DNA of 64,000 bases from a virus. This document shows positions 55,801 through 64,000 of this stretch, piece by piece. A model generated the notes under the pieces. That model had not been told where the DNA came from. It saw nothing but the letters and a program-made list of their open reading frames with translations, and made no database searches. Within the stretch, counting starts at the first letter, position 1, and every line of letters starts with the position of its first letter. The translations under genes and the position numbers were made by a program. The stretch is from positions 96,001 to 160,000 of IMG/VR virus record IMGVR_UViG_3300021364_000001; one strand, given 5' to 3'.

Positions 55801-58800
55801 GTCGTTAGCAGTGATGCGTTGGTTAGCAGTAACAGTACCTGTAACGACATGAGCGTCAGTAGAAGCGTTACCGATAGTGGCATTACCATCTACGGTCAGA
55901 GTGCCATCTACCTGAGCGTTACCATCAACATTCAGGTTGAGATCAACGTCAAGGTTGTCGGTAACATTAACTGTGCCACCGAACGAATCCAAAATCAAAT
56001 TGCCAACAGTGGTGCTGATTTCGCTAGCACCATCAACACCAATCTTAACGTTATCGGCAGTGATGTCTGTTGACGTAATTGCAGCAGTAAATGTGGAAGT
56101 TGCATTGACTGTCAGGGCATCAGTGGATGCATCGCCAAGTGTGGTGTTACCATCAACTTCAAGGTTGACCTTGACTTCCAGAGAGTCGTCAACGATAGTC
56201 TGACCAGTAGCAGAGTCAATAGTCAGGTTACCAGCAGTTGTGCTGATCTCACCTGTACCGTCAACACCAATCTTGATGTTATTAGCAGTAATATCTTCCG
56301 ATGTAATCGATGCCGTGTAAGTTGACGTTGCGTTCACGGTTAACGTATCCGCGTCGCTGTCACCAAGAGTGGTGTTGCCGTCTACTTGTAGGAAACCATC
56401 GATCTCAGCATTGTCTGTGATGTGAACCTTGCCACCAAAAGAGTCAAGGATCAGGTTTCCTGCTGTGGTGGAGATTTCGGTCGCACCATCAACGCCGATC
56501 TTGATGTCGTCCGCCGTGATGTCGGTGGAAGTAATCGCCTGGTTGAAGGTGACAGTGCCTGTAACGACATGTGCATCGCCCGCAGCATTACCGATAGTCG
56601 TGTTGCCATCAACCGTGAGCGTTCCATCAATCTGTGTATTGCCATCAACATTGAGGTTACCGTCTACGTCAGCGTTGTCTGTGATGTTGACAGTGCCAGC
56701 AGCGGAGTCAAGGATGAGGTTACCAGACAGAGTGCCAATCTCGTTAGCAGCATCTGTGCCGATTTTCAGATCACGAATGTTTGCTCGTGCAGCACCAGTC
56801 AGTGCATGATTAAACTGAACTGTGCCATTTACAGTATGAGAGTCGGTTCCAGCATTACCAATAACGCTGTTGCCGTTAACAGTAAATGTACCGTTAGCGA
56901 AAGTATTACCAGTCTGTGCATCGACTGTGAAGGTCGTAGATACAGCGAAGTCATCGCCAACATCAAGAGTGCCAGCAATATCAGTGTTGCCATCGATGTC
57001 AACATTTCTGGTTACGAATAGGTCTTGTCCAACTCTCAGGTCGATACCGATGCCAGCACCACCACCAACAATCAGAGCACCACTGGAAGAACTGGAAGTA
57101 TTAGTAGTGTCAAAGAGTTTGATGCTACCAGCATCGATGCCAGAACGTGTACCAGTGAATGCCTCAGAAGCATTGGTTGCATTGTGGAACAGAGCAAATC
57201 TGCTAGCAGAGTTGTCCCAACCGAAGAAACCAATCTTAGCGGATCCAGAGTAGTAACGGAACTCAATACCACGGTCCTTAGCATCTGCCTGAGTAGGAGC
57301 AGTGTCGCCACCCAGAGTGAAGATAGGATCGTCGAGAGTTTGGGTTGTCGAATTAATTGTAGTGGTAGAACCGTTAACTGTCAGGTTTCCTTCAAGGACA
57401 GTGTTACCATCTACTGTAAAATCCCCATTAACAGTAACGTTGTCAGTAAATGTACTGACGCTGTTAACAGTAAGAGTATCAGTGTTTGCATCGCCAATCG
57501 TTACGTTGTTGGTGAACGACGCAGGGAAGTTGAAGGTCGAAGCACCATGTACAGTCAGTGTACCAGTTCCCAGACCAGCACGACCGATTACAGTATTACC
57601 GTTATCAAAGTCAATAGAGAACTGAGTCTGTGCAGCACCATTGTTGATGTTGAAGACTTCATTGTTGCTCTGTAAGATTACAGAATCGTAGATAGTTGTC
57701 TGACCATCGACAACCAAAGTAGAATTGAAATCAACGGCACCGTCAACATTAAGAGTGGAATCGAAATCAACAGGTTGGTTGACCGTAACGTTGTCGGTGA
57801 AAGTAGTATCTGAATTAATAGTGAGGGTGTCAGTAGAAGCATTACCCAGAGTAATGTTTCCGTCAACTTGGAGAGTAGATTCAAAATGTACGGCAGATCC
57901 TACGTCCAGTGTACCACGGATGTCAGTTGCACCATTGGTAGACAGGACAGTAAACTTGTCTTGGGATCCATTGGTAATCTTGAAATACTTACCAGTGGTA
58001 TCCAGAGTGATGTCATCATGGAAAGTAGAGTCCAGATCAACATCAAGAGTATTGTTGAGAGTCGTAGCACCATCTACATCCAACGTGCTGTTGAACGTTA
58101 CTCCACTATCAACATCAAGTGTACCATCAGAATGAATGTTACCGTTGTCAGTATCAATGACAAACTTCTCAGTAGTGCCGTCAGTGATGGAGAAGACAGT
58201 GTTAGGTCCAACAACTCTTACGTCGTCTTCAAATGTGGTGTCAGAGTTGACCAGTACAGTATCAGTTGATGCGTTACCCAGAGTGACATTGCTGTCAACT
58301 TGCAGGTCGCCTTGTGTATAGATGTTGCCGTTAGTAGCAGTGACAATAAACTCACCACTACCAATGTCCAGATCATTGGCGATGTCAACAGTACCACCGA
58401 TGTATACATTCTCGGAGATGCCAACACCACCAGTGACTACCAGGGTGCCAGTTGTGGTAGATGTGGATCCTGTGTTGGTTGTGAGCCTGAGGTTACCAGC
58501 AATGAGAGGAGCGTCAGTGCCAGCATAGACTTCATTCGTGTTGGTCGCATTGTAGAGGAAGCGATAGCCGCCAGTGCCATTCCATATGTTGCTGTCTGCA
58601 TAATCTTCGTCCCAACCATAGAAACCAAATCGCTCTTGTGTATCATAGTATCTAAACTCGATACCACGGTCTTTATTGTCATCAAGTGTTAGGGTGTCTT
58701 CACCCCCCAGTGTCATGATGGGGTCTTGGATAGTCGTGGTTACCGAGTTGACTGTGGTTGTCGTACCGTCAACTTGCAGGTCACCACGGATCTGTACCAG

Positions 58801-60468
58801 ACCAGTTACATCGTCATCGTCATTAGGATCCAGGACCATTGTGGAGTTGGTCGTGGACAGGACGTTTGCTTGGAAGTGATAGTCTTCAATATTGACTCGG
58901 GAGTCAACATCAGTAGCGTAGATAGTAATATCATTATCTGCTGAAATGTCGAGCAGTGCTTGACCAGTACCAGCGTTGGTAGAAGCAATACTAAACTGAC
59001 GATTGCTAGCAGAATTTTGTGTAAGGAAGAGGTTTAGGTTGCCATCTCCATACTTATCAATGAGTTGATCCAGAGCGCCATCCAGATCGATATTGGGATC
59101 AGAAAAATAGGAACGGACGTTGACATCAATCTCGCCAGCGCCAGAGTCCCCTGTATTGTTAGCCCCAAACAGAAGATTACCGCTCGTATCGTTAACTTTA
59201 ACGTAGTTAAGATAATTGAATCCTCTGTATCCAGTGGTTGCAGTAAGTTCCTGATCAAGTTCAAAGTCTTCTTTTGTATTTCCATCAGCAAAGGAGACTC
59301 TATTGTTTTGTAGTTGGAGGTTGTCAACACCACGCTCAGCAATCTTGACGTAACCACCTTGGATACCACCAGCGTGATCCCACTCAGTTACATCAAAGTC
59401 TTCTTGGGAGAAGGATGCAAGACCCTTCTGAGGTGTCAGAGCAGATCCGAGATATCTCCAAGACCCTGTATCGGAGGTATCTGTGTGTGTCGGTTCACCG
59501 CCGCCAGCGTTAATAGGAAGGATAGCCTCATACAGGCGATCATCTCCATTCTTGACCTTATCATAACGAGCGTAAGCGGTGGCATTATCATAGACGGGTG
59601 CCAGAGTACCTTCTCTTGCAGTAGAGATAGGTGCAGTGACGGCATAGGTCAGACGACCATATCTGTCAACATTAAACTCAGTTGTGTTGACTGTCTGGTG
59701 AATTGTACCAGACTCTGCAACAGAAGTCTCAGGTTGATCTAGGGAGACAGAACCAGTCGGGTTGTAAGAACCAACCACAACAGGAGTATCAGCAAGGTCC
59801 ACCAGCGGGTTGCCAGTCTGACCATTAGCATTAGAGGTGACAATACGACCAGGAGCACCAGTTACCTGACGTGTGGCATATGTACCAGAACCAGTTCTGG
59901 TCAGCATTCCGATTGTAGAAATGCCAACAATAGAAGTTAGGTTGGGGTCTAACGTCTGTGCGTCAGTAATACCATACCCTGCAAGAGTTGTGGGTGAAGA
60001 ACCAGTAACAACACGACCACGAGAGTCAATGGTCAACTGCGTGTATGTACCAGTAGCAGTCAGATCTTCCTCATCATAGTGAGGGAGACCAGGTTGGTAG
60101 TTCAGTTCTGCGGTGATGTTGATGTTGGCAGAACCATCAAACGATGCAGAACCAGACATGTCACCCGTCAGGGTGAAGTTTCTAGCGTTGGCAAGTCTAG
60201 TAGCAGTAGCAGCGTTACCGATAAGTGAGGCAGTAATGGCACCTGCTTCAAAGTTACCGTCAGCGTCTCTCTTTACCAGAGTGTTGGCAATGTTAGAGTC
60301 TGCTTCCAATGGTCGCTCATATTTAAGCGAGTTCCATTGTGTAACACCATCACCGATTTTCAGACGCGAGGTATCAAGTTCGATACCAAGTTCGCCTTGG
60401 GCGAGGATAGGGTTGACGTTTGCCCACTGCTGAGCGCCGTCACGTCTTAATTGGATTCTATTTGCCAT
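52876..60468 (-). CDS. Giant repeat-rich fibre/structural protein (2530 aa)
   Basis: N-terminal RIQLRRD...GELG...KIGDGVTQW attachment-type domain; many beta-helix-like repeats; TATAAATA upstream. Confidence 0.88.
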   Translation of the reverse strand: MANRIQLRRDGAQQWANVNPILAQGELGIELDTSRLKIGDGVTQWNSLKYERPLEADSNIANTLVKRDADGNFEAGAITASLIGNAATATRLANARNFTLTGDMSGSASFDGSANINITAELNYQPGLPHYDEEDLTATGTYTQLTIDSRGRVVTGSSPTTLAGYGITDAQTLDPNLTSIVGISTIGMLTRTGSGTYATRQVTGAPGRIVTSNANGQTGNPLVDLADTPVVVGSYNPTGSVSLDQPETSVAESGTIHQTVNTTEFNVDRYGRLTYAVTAPISTAREGTLAPVYDNATAYARYDKVKNGDDRLYEAILPINAGGGEPTHTDTSDTGSWRYLGSALTPQKGLASFSQEDFDVTEWDHAGGIQGGYVKIAERGVDNLQLQNNRVSFADGNTKEDFELDQELTATTGYRGFNYLNYVKVNDTSGNLLFGANNTGDSGAGEIDVNVRSYFSDPNIDLDGALDQLIDKYGDGNLNLFLTQNSASNRQFSIASTNAGTGQALLDISADNDITIYATDVDSRVNIEDYHFQANVLSTTNSTMVLDPNDDDDVTGLVQIRGDLQVDGTTTTVNSVTTTIQDPIMTLGGEDTLTLDDNKDRGIEFRYYDTQERFGFYGWDEDYADSNIWNGTGGYRFLYNATNTNEVYAGTDAPLIAGNLRLTTNTGSTSTTTGTLVVTGGVGISENVYIGGTVDIANDLDIGSGEFIVTATNGNIYTQGDLQVDSNVTLGNASTDTVLVNSDTTFEDDVRVVGPNTVFSITDGTTEKFVIDTDNGNIHSDGTLDVDSGVTFNSTLDVDGATTLNNTLDVDLDSTFHDDITLDTTGKYFKITNGSQDKFTVLSTNGATDIRGTLDVGSAVHFESTLQVDGNITLGNASTDTLTINSDTTFTDNVTVNQPVDFDSTLNVDGAVDFNSTLVVDGQTTIYDSVILQSNNEVFNINNGAAQTQFSIDFDNGNTVIGRAGLGTGTLTVHGASTFNFPASFTNNVTIGDANTDTLTVNSVSTFTDNVTVNGDFTVDGNTVLEGNLTVNGSTTTINSTTQTLDDPIFTLGGDTAPTQADAKDRGIEFRYYSGSAKIGFFGWDNSASRFALFHNATNASEAFTGTRSGIDAGSIKLFDTTNTSSSSSGALIVGGGAGIGIDLRVGQDLFVTRNVDIDGNTDIAGTLDVGDDFAVSTTFTVDAQTGNTFANGTFTVNGNSVIGNAGTDSHTVNGTVQFNHALTGAARANIRDLKIGTDAANEIGTLSGNLILDSAAGTVNITDNADVDGNLNVDGNTQIDGTLTVDGNTTIGNAAGDAHVVTGTVTFNQAITSTDITADDIKIGVDGATEISTTAGNLILDSFGGKVHITDNAEIDGFLQVDGNTTLGDSDADTLTVNATSTYTASITSEDITANNIKIGVDGTGEISTTAGNLTIDSATGQTIVDDSLEVKVNLEVDGNTTLGDASTDALTVNATSTFTAAITSTDITADNVKIGVDGASEISTTVGNLILDSFGGTVNVTDNLDVDLNLNVDGNAQVDGTLTVDGNATIGNASTDAHVVTGTVTANQRITANDGIHVNDLRLGTTSGSRAIFANGGTLVLDSSNNSVSITANATVSNNLTVNGNATLGNAGTDTHTVNGAVTFNQAITSTDITADNIKIAVDSNSEISTVSGNLTLDSATGEVVVDDNLTVAGTLDVAAASVFTENVTMNVAARTFAIQNGSAVNVFTVASSTGNTLIDGTLNVNGASVIDDTLNVTGAVDFDSTLNVDGITTITNTDNASTGSNFDINDGALRVSGGVSIARDLAVGEDFKVYGDFEVDGNVVQKGNQEFRGRVEFSKNENPDRLSDDAPIMIPNGGMTVAEDVYIGQNLFLGANNATTITLDGTTGNSTIGGTLGVTGTTTLTTLNTSTISTTGATNIGGTFSVGTTNFTVVAASGNTNIQGTLNVSGGTIIDDVFNVTGAVDFDSTLNVDGATTLNAALTQNSTSLFKDNIILRGASKTLILQNGSATDKITLHSTTGNAEITGTATLGTLAVTNNSTIGGTLGVTGQITGNVTGDLTGTADKSDLADVTDTTTSNLTYYPTFVSATTGYTEIRTDSTNLTYNPFENRLTVANFKSTTDFEIAGNLTITGNITYGQSQVGDISNHDTDALAEGVTNLYFTDERVDDRVAALIDGGTGISATYNDAGNLLSLAVDFGEINTDDLTEGVTNLFTTQARTQSHFTYGTGIQLVTNTLSVVQSDINTDNITEGSTNLFITAARTRGHLSAGGDLNYNASTGEFSISQSDLNVDDLITLTGRANGATHLAAFGGSTISDNNTIKGALGELETAVEARALTTSLANVATTGAYSDLSGLPTLGTAAATASTDYATAAQGALADTAIQPADLATVATTGAYSDLSGLPTLFSGAYADLTGKPTLGTAAATDSTAYATAAQGTLADSAVQPGDLATVATSGAYSDLTGTPTISTFGGTLIDDADAATARTTLGLGTAATTNSTAYATAAQGTTADTNDGDIDDLYTALNNIGTDVSITTVTQLKAALAALTR

Positions 60469-60506
60469 TGCTTATCGAACGCTAGCAGGATCAGGTGTCT
60501 CTTGTC

Positions 60507-60514
60507 TATTTATA
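60507..60514 (-). promoter_or_regulatory. Full T4 late promoter TATAAATA
   Basis: Exact consensus, about 40 nt upstream of the fibre ATG. Confidence 0.8.
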
Positions 60515-60517
60515 CCC

Positions 60518-60544
60518 AAAACAAAAGGGGACCCGAAGGTCCCC
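60518..60544 (-). terminator. C(UUCG)G terminator
   Basis: GGGGACC-TTCG-GGTCCCC-TTTTGTTTT. Confidence 0.85.
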
Positions 60545-60548
60545 TTAC

Positions 60549-60761
60549 TCATTCTTCGGTTGTTTCTTCTGGTGTGTCTTCGTCGGGTGGATGAAGGTAT
60601 TCCAGAGTTTCGATTGCTCCCATGAGTTTCAGAGCGGTCTGTTCGTTCTCACGAATCTTTTGTTGCATCTCTTTCGTCTCTTGAATGATGTTGTTATAAC
60701 GAGTACGAAAGTTATTCAGAAGATCCTGGGGATCTTGTGTTTCAGTCACGTCAGCAGGCAT
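60549..60761 (-). CDS. Small coiled-coil protein
   Basis: ORF track; heptad pattern; acidic tail. Confidence 0.75.
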   Translation of the reverse strand: MPADVTETQDPQDLLNNFRTRYNNIIQETKEMQQKIRENEQTALKLMGAIETLEYLHPPDEDTPEETTEE

Positions 60762-61015
60762 TACTTACTCTCCTTGTTTACTAATTGCAAAAGTAGACTC
60801 TTGATGTCCGACACATCAGATTTTAGATCATTCACCTCTTGTTGTAAAGAGGAGAAGTCTTCCTTTTTCTTTTGTCTTTCTCGATAGGACTGCATGTAAC
60901 TATCATAGACATCCTTATCGCGGAGGAGGATAGCATTAGAATCCTTGTCTCGGTAGAGACCACGGTTCTCGTCCCCCTCCACTGGTATATATTTAGGTAC
61001 TCCGAACTTGCTCAT
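60761..61015 (-). CDS. Hypothetical protein with a C-terminal coiled coil
   Basis: LYRDKDSNAI; LQQEVNDLKSDVSDIKSLL. Confidence 0.8.
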   Translation of the reverse strand: MSKFGVPKYIPVEGDENRGLYRDKDSNAILLRDKDVYDSYMQSYRERQKKKEDFSSLQQEVNDLKSDVSDIKSLLLQLVNKESK

Positions 61016-64000
61016 GATGCGAATGCGATTGCTCTCATATCTTTGATCAGTGGTACTTTCGCTTGGTTCTTAGACTTCATTACGATCTTGATCTGGAATG
61101 CTTGGAACTCCTCGCCTTCGACCACGTATTCAAAGTCTTCCCACTCTTCCTCACCGACGTTAGTTGAACCGATATCGGGGACTGGGATCTTCTGGAAACC
61201 AATATCATTCATCTGTTTCTCGGAACCAGGTTTCTGGATACGATAGTAGATGTCAATGTTAGAGTCACCATAGCGTTGCATGGAGACCATCACACGGATA
61301 GATCTGGAAACGTTAGCAAGTCTAGCAACTCTTGTCAAATAAACAGCGTCGTTCTGATCACCGTAAGGCAGTGTGGACACATCGCCTTGTGGGTTGATCT
61401 CAGATTGCAGACCCAGTACCTGAGGTCCACCTTCCCAACTGTTAATCTTGTTAGATGTTGTGATCACAGACACACGGTCGAGGTCAACCACAGGAGAGAG
61501 GTTGTTCTTACTGGTGTCGAAAGCGATCTTCATGGTCAAGGACTTGTTACCTTCCAGTTTGTTTGCTTCATTAATCTTGGAGCAAATGATTCTGGGGTTG
61601 TCGAAGTAGTTCTCATCATTAAGTTGGATGTCATCATATACACCGTTGTTCACGAAGGATGCTTGGTCAACAACAGTTCCACCGTTACCGATAGATGTAC
61701 CAGATGTAGTGTTCAGTGTCGGAGAAACACCAGTCTCCTTGAACTGCATGATCTGGATGGTAGGTGTGATCAATTCAAACGGGATGTTCTTAGTTGCCGA
61801 CACTCTATAACCACCAGTTCTAATACCAGCAGTTGCAACAGAAGTGGTAACCAAAGTGTAAGAATCAGTTGTGGGATCTTGGATGCTGGTGTGTACCTTG
61901 TTGATTTCCGTCAGAGGAATGCCATCCAGGTTGTAACAGGCAACCGTAGTACCAGTAGGCCACTCGGCGGCAGCAGTGCCGTCATTTGCTCTACCAGAAG
62001 GTGCGACAGTAATAGTCTGACCGTCATCACTGATAGCAGAGTATGCGATCACTTCCTTAGTGACCAGAGGCAGGATCTCAAACCAACCCTCAGTAGCACC
62101 GTCAGAACCAGGCAGAGCGCCCACACGAGGAGGTGCAGGTCTAGACGTGAGCATAACATAACCAGGGTTGGTGGTAGAGATTGCTCTACCATTCACAATC
62201 TTATGGAAAGATCCAGCATTAGCGACACTAATTGTAGTAGCACTACTAGACAGAGTTGCAGTCAACTCGGTCGGCGGAATCTCAGACTCAACGTTCTTGA
62301 TCTCAACGTTGTTGGATCTGTTGTGCATACCATGGTTCGGATGGATAACTGCAACCTTTCTATCTTCTGTACGAGTAGAAGGAGCAACGGCAGGGTATGC
62401 AACGTAGGAGTCACCACTGTATACAGCGGAAGTCATTGTGCCTGACACACCACCTGGTTCAGACAGGGTGTCATTAGCGGTATCAAACTGACTATCAACA
62501 TAGTTAGCAGTGATAGTCTGTGTTCCTGCATCGTAGGCAGTAACCACAGCAGTAGCACCAGAAGAAGAACCAGTGATAACGTTACCTGCTTCAAATGTGC
62601 CGTTGTTGACGGTGGACATTACAATAGTAACGATAGACTGAGAAGACTTCAATGCTTGGAACGGATCTCCGTTACCATCGAGGAAACCTTGCTCAAAGTC
62701 ACCGACGATACCCGTCACAGTCATTGTCTGTGGGTTCGAGGTGGAGTCAAACTCTTCGATTGTGCCCTCAGCACCAGAAGGAGTCTGGATAACACGAGCA
62801 CCAATCGTGAAGTTGTAGGATGCACCAGTCGGGAATGTGATCTGTTGCTTGGGTTGAATAGTAACGAGAGGGTTGACGTTCAGAGAACTGATACCATCGT
62901 TACCAAGACCCAGTTCGGCGTTGGTAAATGTTGCATTACCAATCGTACTCGTATTGAAGACAGCACGATATAGATTGAACTTCAAGTCTTCATACTGGTC
63001 AGCGGTCCACGTAGATGCGTTCTGTGATTTGAACAGAACACCAGCGTAAGGCTGTTCAGAGATCGTTCTTGTACCAGTGATGTCAATGTCACCCATACGT
63101 GAGATCCAAACCTTATATTCATTAGAGTCAGAGAACAGCACGAAGCAATGTTCCTCAGACTCAGGGATGAATACAGGTGCAGGGAAGTTAAATCTGGTAG
63201 CGATAGAAGCGTTATCAGAAACTTCAACCTCACTGGGTTTCAGAGTAACATCAGAGAAGGGCAGGATGTCCTTGGTCGGATAACCATTTTCCATAGGACG
63301 GATCTGCATAGAGATGGGAATCTTGGTATCCTTTGTACCGAAGAAGATATCCACACCTGTCACAAATGTACCACCTTGCTCTTCCAGCAAGAAGGATTGT
63401 GCCAGAGGGTCCCACCAACCAACCTGTCTGGTGTTGGTACGAACAGAACGAACTGTTCTTCTTTGTGTAACGGTGTCTCTAACAACACTGGCGTTACGAA
63501 CAGCAAGGATGTTTTCTTGCAGAGTGTTGAGTGTACCTCTTGCTGTGTATTCTGCCTCAGCCGCAGAGTCAACAGCACCTGGCAGTCTGCTATCTTCCTC
63601 AGAAGAAGACAGACGGAAGACTCTGGAACCAGTTGCCCAACGAGGGTTAGCATCGTTAGCGGGGTTAGGAATCCAGAAGGCACCCTTGATGATACCAACC
63701 AGGTCAGATACAAGACGACGGTCCTTGACCACAGCACGAGCACCAGATGTCTGACCTTGCAGAACCTCACCAACTTGGAAGTTACCGAAGAAGTTGGGGT
63801 TCACAGTAGCAGAGAGAACTTCGGTGTCGATGTTCAGAACACTAGTCTGTGATGCATAAGAGTCGGGCAGAGCATCATTGGTTGCACTGTATGGGTTGGT
63901 TGTCAAACCATCATTAGGTGCAGCAACACGGAATCTGCAACCAGACTTACGACCAAAGACAGTCTCACCGATCACAAACGGTGTTTCGTTAGTGTCACTA
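61012..64000 (-). CDS. Partial VrlC-like large virion structural protein (5' end outside the window)
   Basis: DPLAQSF, GVDIFF, IRPMENGYP, GVLFKSQNASTW, EDLKF, C-terminal PLIKDMRAIA; the frame stays open to the window edge. Confidence 0.85.
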   Translation of the reverse strand, partial: SDTNETPFVIGETVFGRKSGCRFRVAAPNDGLTTNPYSATNDALPDSYASQTSVLNIDTEVLSATVNPNFFGNFQVGEVLQGQTSGARAVVKDRRLVSDLVGIIKGAFWIPNPANDANPRWATGSRVFRLSSSEEDSRLPGAVDSAAEAEYTARGTLNTLQENILAVRNASVVRDTVTQRRTVRSVRTNTRQVGWWDPLAQSFLLEEQGGTFVTGVDIFFGTKDTKIPISMQIRPMENGYPTKDILPFSDVTLKPSEVEVSDNASIATRFNFPAPVFIPESEEHCFVLFSDSNEYKVWISRMGDIDITGTRTISEQPYAGVLFKSQNASTWTADQYEDLKFNLYRAVFNTSTIGNATFTNAELGLGNDGISSLNVNPLVTIQPKQQITFPTGASYNFTIGARVIQTPSGAEGTIEEFDSTSNPQTMTVTGIVGDFEQGFLDGNGDPFQALKSSQSIVTIVMSTVNNGTFEAGNVITGSSSGATAVVTAYDAGTQTITANYVDSQFDTANDTLSEPGGVSGTMTSAVYSGDSYVAYPAVAPSTRTEDRKVAVIHPNHGMHNRSNNVEIKNVESEIPPTELTATLSSSATTISVANAGSFHKIVNGRAISTTNPGYVMLTSRPAPPRVGALPGSDGATEGWFEILPLVTKEVIAYSAISDDGQTITVAPSGRANDGTAAAEWPTGTTVACYNLDGIPLTEINKVHTSIQDPTTDSYTLVTTSVATAGIRTGGYRVSATKNIPFELITPTIQIMQFKETGVSPTLNTTSGTSIGNGGTVVDQASFVNNGVYDDIQLNDENYFDNPRIICSKINEANKLEGNKSLTMKIAFDTSKNNLSPVVDLDRVSVITTSNKINSWEGGPQVLGLQSEINPQGDVSTLPYGDQNDAVYLTRVARLANVSRSIRVMVSMQRYGDSNIDIYYRIQKPGSEKQMNDIGFQKIPVPDIGSTNVGEEEWEDFEYVVEGEEFQAFQIKIVMKSKNQAKVPLIKDMRAIAFAS

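Noticed and set aside
53100-58300. Recurrent DNA repeats that might be a CRISPR-like array
   Set aside because: The repeats are degenerate at synonymous positions and in frame, so they are protein-level repeats; no constant repeat-spacer structure.
31617-58692. Many long plus-strand ORFs (e.g. 31617-32633, 32993-34099, 36664-37311, 37796-39085, 53185-54558)
   Set aside because: They are antisense shadows of strongly codon-biased minus-strand structural genes; no SD, no motifs, and low-complexity S/T/V translations.
52876-60468. Possible diversity-generating retroelement, since the fibre N-terminus resembles tropism-determinant attachment domains
   Set aside because: No reverse transcriptase and no TR/VR pair differing at adenines seen in this window.
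1-64000. tRNA/rRNA genes, transposases, integrase, psbA/psbD
   Set aside because: No cloverleaf/T-loop signatures in the short intergenic gaps and no matching protein motifs noticed by eye; tRNAscan-SE would confirm.

Overview
Core region of a T4-like cyanobacterial myovirus, probably infecting marine Synechococcus (inferred from gnd+zwf, petE, ptoX and pstS). Almost all genes are on the minus strand. From the right end of the window leftwards, the order is: a partial VrlC-like virion protein; a 2530-aa repeat-rich fibre; neck gp13/gp14, gp15 and gp16; an accessory island (Lys-rich proteins, ptoX, zwf, gnd, SNase-like nuclease, petE); gp17, 18, 19, 20, 21, 22, 23 and gp3; uvsY, uvsW, gp55, gp47 and gp46; speD, a VWA protein and a CobS/MoxR ATPase; gp45, gp44, [2OG oxygenase, PD-(D/E)XK nuclease, Dam-like MTase], gp62 and regA; a carbamoyltransferase; a convergent six-gene secreted/membrane module; hsp20, a small beta-barrel protein and pstS; gp43, uvsX, gp41, mazG and a partial nuclease. 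No tRNA, CRISPR array, intron, intein or transposase was seen. The best leads are: a ROSE-like RNA thermometer on hsp20; a tail tube protein with three Arg/Gly-rich insertions; a coupled nuclease-MTase pair splitting the clamp-loader genes; a Pho-box porin-like/PstS module; and a late-promoter envelope module that includes a holin-like protein. All assignments come from motif and synteny recognition by eye; no database searches were run.
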